From Laetmonice hystrix (Eukaryota): a stretch of DNA of 64,000 nt. Where the stretch lies: NCBI GenBank assembly GCA_965235115.1, contig OZ249436.1:41480001-41544000 (forward strand), written 5' to 3'. Made by a program: the position numbers and the translations under genes. Shown here piece after piece: positions 12,501-24,500 of this stretch (position 1 is the stretch's first letter; each line of letters begins with the position of its first letter). Below the pieces are notes generated by a model. That model ran no database searches. It saw only the letters and a program-made list of their open reading frames with translations, and was not told the origin of the DNA.

Positions 12501-15500
12501 AGATGCTAATCCAATAGCTGTGAATTTTGGAAGAATAATTAAATTGTCTGAGTGATTTAAAAGTTTACACTGTGTAAAGCGTCCCTTGGGATCATCCACA
12601 GTTGGAGGTACAACTAAATCTGGGTGGAATTCCTGAAGTGAAAATACTGGTTCCATATAGATAAGGCTGTGTTGAGCTTTAGAGAAAGCAACTGTTATTG
12701 TGCGTTGTGACCTTGGCAATATATGGATAGTACTAACAGTCCTAGCTACTGTTGTCCGTCGTGGTGGATGCTGAAGAGGTATACATTTCCCTGTTGGAAA
12801 AATCATGCTACCTTCTTCAAAGTTCAGTTGAATATTGTACCTATTGAGGAAATCCAATCCTAAGATAACGGAATGATGTCCCTCCAAAACATGGAAGGTC
12901 TGGGTAACAAGATTGCCTTGAATGTTTAACTTTAATTCAATGCAACTAAGAACTTTATGTTCTTCACCACCAACACCAACGACAGCATCAAATAAAGGCA
13001 TTAATTGTTTTGGTGTTGTAGGCATATTGCGTAAGAAATTATTTGATATGCATGAGACACGTGCACCTGAATCAACCAATGCAAGGGTTGAAATGTTGCC
13101 TACCTTGAGTCTGATAAGATTACCAAACTCGCTATCTGTATTAGAATTGACTTGCATGATGCGTGGTACTGTTATTTCTTTATGATCTGAATCTGATAAA
13201 TCTGTATTAGTGTCCTGATTGGATAAAATTCTCAGAGTAGCACTAGTTATTTTCTTGTTTTGAGATGGGGTTAACCTAGCCTTGGGTTGTATTTGTTTGA
13301 CAACTGACTGATTGGTTTGAGAACTGTATATAATGTCTGAAGATTTTGAAAGGTTGGAGTCTTTAGAGGAAAATAACGTTTTGACTTGATCTATTCTTTC
13401 ATAATCATTGAATAACTTCTTTGCCAGCAAACTATCTGTGGTATTCTCCCTGTTCAAATGAACCCTATTGTGAACAGATGAGCCACATCAATGCCAGTGT
13501 GAGGGGTGGCGCTGGGTAGTATACTGGTTATTTTGGGTGTGTGATGGTGCCATAAACTGAACATTTGCTCTGCCACGGCTTGGAGGGGTGTACCTGAGGG
13601 ATGTTTGCCTAGGCATGCCACTCTTCCTACTCCTGCACATAGAAATTACATGTCCTATCCTGCCACAATGATGACAAGTCATACCTCTGGCGCGACAGTT
13701 GGGCCTACCTCTGCAACTGGTGTCTCCACAGTTGCCACAGTAACTGTTGCCTGATGACCTGGGTGAGGGCGATCTTCCCCTCTGATGGTAGCGCGGTGAT
13801 GGGTTTCTATTGTGTGATGGCGATGTCGATCTGTAGGAGTGTTCATGGCTGTTGTGTTGATGGCTATTGACTTGTGTGTTGACTGCTGTTGTTAATTTCT
13901 CCATCATTTCTGTCAATCTCTGTAGAGCTGACGATGTTTGGTCCTGCTGGGATGGGGTAAAATCTACTGGTGTGACGTCTGTTGTTGTTTGTCCATACAG
14001 TAGGTTACTGATGGAGTGCAGGGCTGAGGGTGCTGGTAGTCTGGCTGTTGATGAGTGTGATGATGTAACCGCTGACTGGGTGGTGAAGGGTGGGGCTGCT
14101 GACTGGGTGGTGAAGGGTGGGGCTGCCGGTCTCAAGTTCAGGGGTGCCGCCTGGGTCACGGGGCCACTGTAGCTGTGTGTGCTACAGTTGGCTGATGCCG
14201 TATATAGATCGGCCACAGTCTGGGGGCGTTGCGTCATGACCAGAGACCTAATCTCTGGCCGTAGTCCTCCAAGTATGAGCCGCACTAATTGAGGCTCGGT
14301 TACTTCTGGGCAGTGGCGGGCAGCAAGCTGCATGATATCTATATAGGCCGTTACTTGCTCGTTAGGCAACTGTGTCCGACTGGCCAGTGCACGCTCCCCT
14401 AAGAGCACATCGTCTGCTGAAGGCCTAAACCTTTCCCCAAATTCACGTTTTAGGGCCTCCCACTTGGCCTCCTCAGTACCATAAGCGACGTCTCTCTGAA
14501 GAAATGATTTGAGCCAGTCCCTGGCCAACTCCGTCAACGACAGAGACACAAGATTTGTTTTGTCTTCAGCCGTGCAGTTGTAGTGGCTGCAGTAAGTGTC
14601 AAAATTGTCTATGAAATTTTCTCCATCCTTGCTTGAGTAGCCGTTAAAGGTTTGTGTGTAGGGCGGGCAGGCGGGTTGTTCAGCCATTCTTTCAAGAGGT
14701 GGTGATGGAGGCGGTGGAGATGGAGGCGGAGATGGAGTAGATGGAGGAGATGGAGGAGGATCAGTCACCTGTCTAGCCGACACAGACCACTTTCCAGCTA
14801 ACTCCGGCTTTCTGGACCTCGTAGCATGTGCTGGACATGCAGTATCGGGTCTACTCGTACTGGGGGTGGAAATAGTTTTTGACATAAAATTTTGAATATG
14901 TTATGGGAGTCGACTACCCGGGTTGCTCTCCACCAACTGTCGTCCCGCTTAACCGGTGTAGGGGTGGTTTCGTGTTGTGGGGGGAGACTAGCGTGAGCAA
15001 GCGGGAACGACACAATTAATAATAGGAGGGTAATAATAACGTAGGATCCGTGAGTTAGAGAGAATAATTTAATACGAGTAGAGCTTACGAGAGGTTGTAT
15101 AAATGCCCAGTACAAGTGTGACCGTCAACAATGTGAGAAGCTGACTTACCGGAGGAGTGGAGTGGCTGGTGGCTGACGTGAATGGTGATGGTGACTGTGT
15201 GTCTCCTATGTATCTGAATGTCTATGTGTGTCTATGGTCTATCTGTGTCTATGTTCTATCTGTCTGGGTAGGATTTTTGTGGGACTTATATACTGTGGGT
15301 ACAGTGCATGGTCAAGTATGAACCCTGCCCTGCACCCACGTGCTGCCCACGGTGAGAGGGGGGGTGTGGTTTCCCAGATCATGCCCTTATCTGGAGGGGC
15401 AAAGGGAGGACCAGCGGCCGACCCCCAAAATACGTGGAATCACGTCAGAGGTGACCACTGGTCAGTTGATGTCCCTACCATATAAGGACTGGGGTAGGTG

Positions 15501-18500
15501 TTAGGGGACCAGGGATCTCATGCTGGGGATTTTCCGTTGAGCCACCGTATATCCACTCCACATCCTCCCAAGATTAAAATAGAGATAGGTCTACATATTT
15601 CTGACCTGTGTGTGGCCTCTGCATACCACTCTCAAAATATTACGATGTCTGCTGCAGAGAAGATACATATATATATATATATCCACCAAACGTGGAAACA
15701 TGAAATATTAAGGATAAAACAGATTAAGAATAAAATATAGAAAACATTAAATTATACTTGATGATACTATTGGCCTGATGAACCTTCTATTAGTCTGTGT
15801 GCAGCATTTGAAACCTATCTCGGTGCGCACCGAGATAGAACCATCTCCCGTTGTCGAGTCTAGGGGGCGTGTCAGGGTCTCCACAGCCCTTCTGATAGAG
15901 CCCCATTTGTGCCGTTATCCATAAAAAAATTTTGATTTCCTTGGTTGTGAATCAATTTCCATGATAGGTGGGATCACATAAACGTCAACAAAATAAAAAA
16001 TATAAAAAATGAACTTTTTCCCACGAATAGCACCTTTAAATCAAACTGCTCGAGTCATATGACATTTCATATTATGACATATGACACTGACAGAATTTGC
16101 CTCTCAGTTGTTAAGTACACAAACACCAATAAAAGCTTGAGCCAAGCTAAGCTAAAAAAAACTTCACGACCTTTGGACTCTGGTGGAACTGCATATAATA
16201 TTTTTGAGGGTTGAGCTCAAAAGTTTTGTGCGATTACAAATGATATCACAATTCCCCACAGGGGAGAGTTCGTAATCGTGATCTTTCAACAATATTTATC
16301 CTATTCTTATCAACTCATGATATCCTGAATCATCCCAACTGTCGTGCCGTGCAGGCTGCTGACAGATCTGGCCTACATTATAACATGAACGACAGCGGCT
16401 CGCCGTGCGCTTACATCAGCGTAAATACCCGGGACATGTGCATGTTTGTCAGGGATATCGGAAGCAAATCGTTTTTTTTAGACGGGGGGGCTGTTTCAAG
16501 AGTATTTTAGGTTGTGTGCGTGACAGCGATAAAACGGACCGAACTCAACCCTCTCTATGCCCACTGAGACATGAATCCATGAAATGGGGGGGGGGGCAAA
16601 ACATAGTCCCCCCCGTTTCTTTGGTGTGTGTGTGGGGGGGGGGGGCCTCCCGCTTCCGACATCACTGTAACTTTATAAATGTTTGTAGTGTATATACATG
16701 TATCTATGATTAAGTGTATACATGTATGACGTATGCGTCCATGTACCTGTTTATAAATAAGTTTTCCTTACTAGTAATGTAGGGACGGGAGGTATAATGT
16801 TGGACATATCGTTTGTGCTATTGTACGGGTACATTAAGTAAGCGGGATGACGTCAGTTTTCATTCATAATCAATGAGGAATTGGACGAACAATCTCTTAC
16901 AAATAGTCTGGCCCCTTTAAGGCTGCCTAAAAAACCTCTCTCCAAAAGGCTACCGTTTTGGTCTCGTGTAGGCCACTAGACTTATATGTATGGAAAAACA
17001 TACATTTTTTGTACTTGTAAAAGGAATCGCAATCATTCAATGTTAGATAAAAATACGCTTAGTACAAAATATAATGGGAATTCATATATTGTGTTTATCA
17101 AGATTATGTATCATCTATCTGAGTGAGTTAGCCTGACATGAATCGATTCCACGTGCCGGGGGTTGAGCTTTTCATCATACGTTTTGTGGGTTATTCTCCC
17201 ATGGCAACTTCCAAACAAAATTTTAGGGTAGGGGATCAGGGAGAGCGATAGGGATATGTTTTTGGGAGGTTTAGGGACCGGGGCTAGGCGTTAGGGATAA
17301 GGTCAGGGCAATGGATCTTGAACTTTGACCAAATTTCGTGGGGTTTAAGTTACCATGAGGGATGTACCGTTTTGTGCCTTTACCGTACCACGTGAGTTCA
17401 AGAACTGTTCAGGTTCTGAATTCTATTAATTGGACAGTAATGAACAAGTTATCTTTAGATCTTCTACATTTGAATTGCAAGCAAGGTTAATAAATTCGGG
17501 CTGAAAGGAACAGACATGTCACTCAACACCTCTATCAATCTATATACCAAGAGTAAACTACTACAAGTACTTCATCTTGGCAAACTCGATCAAATAACCT
17601 TACCTGTTCGTGTTCACAGAAAATCTTAATGCACAACGTCTCCTCGCCCCAGGCAACGCCTCCTGACGACCCATCGTTGACTTGCTCCTGGTCAGAGATT
17701 GTAGCATATTACTATATACACCGTTCACTCAAACAGATTGGCCGTTACGATGTAAAGAGAGATAGAAGATATATTGAGTGCCCTTTTGAGAAAGTATTAT
17801 AAAAGGCAAGCGCGGATCCAAGGGGGGGGCAGGGGCCCCCTTTTTTAGAAACAAATTTTCCTGGCCTTCGTCGCTTTCTTTGGGAGGGGGTGCGCCCCCC
17901 CCCCCCTCTTTATGAAACCCTGGATCCGCGCCTGAACGGTCCCTTGGAACGATAGGTTAATGATATGTGTTAGTGCTGCCTACAGATTGCATTATGATCT
18001 GACGTCGAGTATAAATGGCACTGCCGCAGGAAACGATCTTTTTTTCTATGAAATCACAAAACAAATCCAATCGTTTCAACAGACTACAGCACTAGTTTCA
18101 ACGAATTCACCAGGTTTGACACGACCACGTGCTATAGTCGAAAACGCCATTGCCAACTACAGAGAACAGGTATCATTTATTTCTAATTCCAATTTTGTTT
18201 TTTCAATATTATTATGGAGAAACTACACAAGGAAAACCTTTTCCGGAGTTCGAGTATGTATCTCAATATGTACTGTGTTTAGCCCCTATGTTTTATGGAA
18301 AATGGCAACACGGCAGGGTATGGACGCAATCTAATTAAAATTAGATCTTGGTATTCCGCGTCTCTCTCGGCTGTGTCGGTGCTGGCTGCGCTCCATACCT
18401 GGATCTAAGGACATCCTATTAGGGGTCACCTCAGGTTGACCTCGGGATTCAGCCAATCAGCGAGCCGCCTACGAAATCTTCGGTGTGCGCTCGTAGGCAT

Positions 18501-21500
18501 TTTCAACGGCACACTTGAATCTGGGTCAAAGGTCAGCCTGAGGTGACCCCATACGGGATGCCGTTAGATCCTAGTATGTAGCGCATGCGAAATAACTAAG
18601 ATCTAATTTTAATTAGATTGGGTATGGACGTTATGTTCACACCCATACATCAACTGAATACACTACACGTATTGGAAAGGTTGATATGCCAACAGTCCGC
18701 CTACGTTTCATGGATATTTTCGTATTTTGTTCCAAGAAGAACCCGACAACACTGAGTCCTTTGGGTCACTCTTTGTGTTGACCTAACTGAGTAATCACGA
18801 CACTGGCGACAAATAGATATCCAAGCCACAAAAGGTCGTTTTAGATAACGAACCTATCTAAAAGTCAGAATCTATAAAGACTGCCGGTGTGTGGGTTGTT
18901 TGGTGGCTAGTTAACGCAGCCCTCCGGCCCCTGGTTATGTCCAAACGTCAACTCTATAATGGCCCTGTCATAAATCATTGCGGTATTAATAAATAATGAC
19001 CACTCACCTCTTGTTGCTGCACCATGTTGACGTCTACCAGCTTTATGTTATCGCTGGCCCGCCGTGTTAATCTACGGGTCCCGGAAACTGCAATTTATGG
19101 CAGCAAATACATCTTGGTTGTCCATGAGGAAAGTCAAGCCAAAAAATCAATTAAATGTGGTACAAAAAAGGTTCAGTTACAGGTAATAAAGTTTGAAAAA
19201 TAAATTAAATTTTATTTTTAAGGATTACTGAGGGTCTATTCTTGTAAAGGAAAGCTCATGCTTTTGCTTGAGTCACTGCTACTGAACCGTGTTTTCTCCA
19301 TCTCAGCCCAGGAATGTTTAAAACATTCTGACGCCATGTAATTAGAATGTAATTAGAATTCACTACAGCCAGTCCGTCTGACTAATTTGATCAGACTGGA
19401 AGAATAACCACCTGGTCTTCTCGGCGTTGCCACCAATCCCGTGTCATGTTTTAACAGGTCTATGACAAAAAGACGGGGATATGGCGTGGTGTCCATACTG
19501 GCAGCCAACATGGCGGCTTGTCGCATGATCTTCCGCTGCATTAGTTCAAACTCCTCCTACAGTCACAAAAATGAAACGAAAAATAAAACAGGAAAAATAA
19601 CTGCATCATACTCCCACAATCTCTGGCTTGTCAATGGCCCATAAAAATGGACGTGAGAATCAATGACTAACGAATTTGGTAGTCCCTCATACCTAAAAAA
19701 AAGTCCCTCATACCTAAAAAAAGAGTTCACAGATTGAGTTGTCTTAGCTGATTTCATTTAGTGTAATACCACTACCAGTGAAAACAACCTTGGAATATTT
19801 GGGTGAATATTTAGCATGTCAGGACTTGGGATGCAGCCGTTTCCTGCGAGTTTTAGGGAAAAGAATTTTTTCTGTCAGTACATTTGATGTAAAAATTTCT
19901 TAGTAAGAAACCCGACAAGCACCAAAGTATCTTGAAGGTACTTTTGATCTTGACTAAAATATTAGAACTCTACAAACCTGAAATGATATTGTGGTCACTT
20001 CTGCTGATGATATTTTTGTCTGTTTTTCTTTCTGTTTTTTTAATTCATCCTCGGACTTCTCTTTTTGTTCCCTCTCATTGTCACTCAAAATATTTTCCTT
20101 CACAAACTGAAGGAGTATCTCCATATCTGCATCATCCTTTGTCTTCTGAAGATTGACGATGGGGGCTCGAGCCCGATGGCCAAGTATTCTCAGCTGTATT
20201 GTATAAGTGTGCACACGTTTCCACAAACTGACACATTTAGAAACCATTTTGTTACAAAATGTCTAAATACACACCTTAAAGAAAATGCTGTAATACTAAG
20301 GTAGATGAAACATTTGCGGGCCAATTCCGGAAAAAATGTGTACTTTAGGGAAAATCTATTAGTTTAAATGTATAGATTGACCGATAGTCCGTTATGTGGT
20401 TGAATACTAGCATCTGGTGTTAACCTCCCAGCTGGATGAGACCCTACCAAAATGTGGCACTTTAGTATGGCAAGGATCGCCCCAACTCCTACAGCCATTT
20501 TGGTATGATTATTTCAGACAACACAAATTATTACGATTTCGATAAATATAATTAGTTTTAAAAAAAGTTGCAAGGAAAACCATAAACAAGAAATAGACTG
20601 ACATGAACCTATCCCGTTTATAATACTTGTCCTAAAATTCCATTCAAGTGCACTTTAATAGCATATATTCATAGTCACAATGTATTCAAGCGCACTTTAA
20701 TAGCATACTCATAGTCACAACGTTACACGTATAAACCTTTGGAAACTCTGTAAGACGGTTCAGTCCTAAGACGACATTTTCTGGTCGATATCTGAGACAA
20801 ATCTGAACTTGACTCACCTCTCCATATTCCCATTCACTGCCTGTTCCAACAACAGCAAACACTATTGGTATATTCCGAGTACACGCTGCAAAGCGTAGTT
20901 CCATCATGCAGTTGAGCGAGGTAGAATACTGCCAATGATAATGCACCTCATCAAAATTATAAGAAAAAAACACGTCTCAATAAACATTGGGAACAAAACG
21001 TGATGGGGTGAGGGATGAATGGAGAAATGTAATGGGGCTTTTACGTACTGTCAACAAGAACTTATTTGAATGTGGGCTACTACACTTTACTTGAGTTGAT
21101 ACTATTACTAGGCCATCTAAGCAATAGTTAACAGGTCCGCTTTATTGGTCATGTTATCTTGGAAACAACGTTTTTCCTATTATGCATTTTAGCGTCTCAT
21201 GTGCTTGACACCTCATCAACGCTTGAAGGTATGCAGCAGTGTGCACTTAGGCGCCTTAACCAATACTTGGCGCCATCTGGTGTCAAACTCGATCACCATT
21301 TGGTGAACAGATCGAACTTTTGTCGTAATGGACGCCACCTGGTGGATGGATACCTTCCCTACTCACCTCATCGGAAACACACGCTATCATAACGTCTGCT
21401 GCCCGTATTCCTTCCGTGATGTCTTCAAACAATCCACGCTTTGATAAAGAGAGGACAAAACATGGCATGTATACTTGTCAACTCAGTGTAACGGACACAG

Positions 21501-24500
21501 TGCATCATCCCCACGACCAGCTTCCCTCTGTATTATGTTACATTTTCACTGAAATACTCAAGTTATACATATCAAATAAACGCACATCATTTCTCTTTAT
21601 ATAACGATATAATTTCTAGAGAAAAGCTCCCTCACACTTAAATTTGAAGCTTACATATTTCATGACTACAACAGATACATGATGTCAATGGAAACATGTA
21701 CGAATGTTCTGCCCTGTAGTCAGGATATATCCAGAACCTGTACCTTTCCAGTTTGTTCTATATCAAGCCAACAGGAGATTCCATAAGATTCTATGTAATC
21801 CTTGATGTCACGGGGGTCAGTGGCCCCCCTCGCCCCTGGAACGTCTCGGCTGCCATGTTTGACCGCTCGGTCTGAATTGGACCAGCAGTAACTCACAAAA
21901 CAACGGGGAGTCTTTCTCTGAATAAGACAGAAATAGGATACGTGAGAAATGGCTTTGTCATCACCTTGGCCTACTCACGACTGGTTACATAGACACAGAA
22001 CAGAACAGAAAAAGTAGATGACACTTGAATTAAACAATACCCCTATTTGTCTACGGGTGGTGAACTTACGGCAGCTTTCTTTGTCCCTTTTAACTTCTGG
22101 TCCAACTGATTCCTTAGATCTGTCAACTTCTTGTCGAGGTTTACACGTTTCCTCATGTTGATGAAAACCTGGCAAAAAGATCCCACTTTTTACCGGCACT
22201 GAACTATTCCCAATGTGGTACATGGACAACTTTGTAAACTAACTCAGAAAATCTACTCAGTCCAAAGTAGCACTTCACCTCATAGATCTGCCATATAAAC
22301 GTGTACCCTAGAAAATCCTAAAAGTATTAAATTACCCCTAGAAGGGTTTTTAGAATTTGATTTTGATTGGAGGTTTATGGCTCAGCGGCCTAGGCCATAA
22401 TCAGGTTGTAAGTTACTGATGGAGGATATTGGAGTACCCCGGTAAAACCGTCGACCTTGCAGCAAGTAAAGGTTTTCTCTTCCAGCTCCAAGGGCCATTC
22501 ACCCCCTGAGGTGAGAGGAACGCTTACCCCAGCCTGAGACCCTCAGTTACTGTGTGCCCTCCCTTTCTCAGAAAATAAAACCCCCAATTAGAAACGCAAA
22601 CACAAAACCTTCTGCGGGCCAATGACTGCCCCTGTTGGAGTGTGCCGCCAGTCGTAGTCCTTGCCGATTTGGACGACTGTGTACGGTTTGTGAAGTGTCT
22701 GGGCAGCATGAAGGAAGAGTTGCTGACACTGGTCGTCTGTCGTGAATTCCGTCGATATCATAACCAGCATCATCTGTTTGAAAGGGTTGATATTATTTTA
22801 AGTTTACTGTATCTGATTATAGTGCTACATTCCCATATCTACAAGAGTTCCAACACCTTTAATTTCTTGCTTTCCTAAAAAACTGATTTCTAAATCAACA
22901 GGGTAGCCTACTTGGAATAGTCACAATGGTTGGACAAAAGAACGTCAGTGATTGATGTTAGCTGCAAGAGCTCGCCGCTCTATGCCGGGATTGGACGTGT
23001 AAGAAACTTTCCATACATAATTGAGTAAGTGAGTGAGTAGTGATGGTTTTCTGCCGTGTCGGCATCCGGGGCCATCTTCACGGCGAAAACAGAGTTCAAA
23101 GACCATAAAACAAAAGGAACCTATTTTATCCCGGGCCCCAACGGGAATATCATTAAAACACACTCCATCCTGTCAGCCCAACCGGGCTATCGACGAGCCT
23201 GAACTATAAAAGAGTCAAAAGTCCAGCTTCTGACAAAAACTCTAAAATCACTCCTGGTCTGACATTGTTAAAAAGATCCTTAAGACTTGTCTCACTATTA
23301 AACCGTTGTCTGATCAGAGTAAAATCACTACACTCAAGTAAAAGATGCTTCAGTGTCAAAGGACACTGACAGCCATGACATTCTGGACGTGGCTCCCCCT
23401 TTAATAAAAACACGTGGGTCCATACATAATTAGATACCGGTATTTTGGGGGCTTAAATCTGAAATCTAAATCCTACCTTAGACTCCTGAAGAGCGACGGT
23501 AAGAGCCTGAATATCAGCTCCTGTTATATTTTCATCATACCAACTGAAACAGGATGTTGACACCTGAGACTTTTTAATATCAGAGCACTGAGGAATCAGG
23601 AAGAAGCGTTTGAAATCCTAGAACTGTATACTACAGAGCCATATGCATGTGCTGGCAACTGGAATATTGGCGTTGCATAAATTTCTCTCAGTCCTATTTA
23701 TAATGCATGACGTACTGGGAATAATCTTTATTTGCTGGAGGGCATCATGTAAAATAAACCTTGGATTCCATATCTTAAAATAAATCTGTAAGCTGAACAT
23801 TTTCTATGAAAAATGACATAAAACATCTCCACATTAGGGACGGTTACTGACCATTTGTAGCCATGCTGAACCAGGCTGTCGATCACTTCAATGGGGTTGA
23901 CCCGATCTTGTTCTTCGCTGGAATTTGGTTTGTTTTTCGGAGTGAAATTGATGAAGATATCATTCGAGAAGCTGCTGCGAATCTCATTCAGACTGCGAAT
24001 ACTTTTCTCAAGATGAATGTCGAGCTCAGAGCTGTCATTTGGTGGCATCAGAGCTAGAAAATAATATTTCAACACTGCATTATAAAGGTTTGACACAAAA
24101 TTTTCCTCCACTGTCACCTTTTCTATGACACAATAATGATTTTTATTAAGGCAAGCGCTTGATTCTTTCAAATATATTCTATAAAGGTGGAGATTCTGAG
24201 TCTTTACCTTGTACAGTTGGCATGGAAACCGTGTGGAAATATTTTCTACACTGAATGAAGGGTGCATTGTAGGTGACCGCTTCCCGTATGAGTCCAGCTT
24301 CGAACATGGCCGGATTATTAGTTCCCTGTGGACACGTCAATGATACGTGTACCGTGTATATTAAGTTACGGTATCAACCAACATGTTAAGGATGATATCC
24401 TTTTTTTTATGGTTATTAGAAACTGTTAAAGAAAGGCTAAATGAGGATTTTTTAAAAAATTGGTACGTTATGAGGGTCATACCACTTTGGCAATACAGTC

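Larger units (their letters stand above)
6966..15766 (-). mobile_element. Full-length Ty3/Gypsy LTR retrotransposon (about 8.8 kb), recent insertion
   Basis: Direct repeats at 6966-7794 and 14938-15766 (offset 7972 at both ends); 4-bp TSD CTAT at 6962-6965 and 15767-15770; PBS, gag and pol in PR-RT-RH-IN order. Confidence 0.97.
6882..16035. mobile_element. About 350-bp Kolobok-like non-autonomous element (6882-6965 plus 15771-16035) interrupted by the Gypsy insertion
   Basis: Inverted termini AGGTGCTTTTCGT (6882) and ACGAATAGCACCT (16035), flanked by tgaa and ttaa (TTAA-type TSD). Confidence 0.6.

Noticed and set aside
17221..17310. TTAGGG-like G-rich tract
   Set aside because: Too degenerate and short for an interstitial telomere; similar TAGGG tracts are common in invertebrate MITEs.
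19681..20720. Small local tandem duplications (19681-19722, 20644-20721; also 38184-38222 and 39650-39770)
   Set aside because: Ordinary slippage-type duplications in introns with no further structure.
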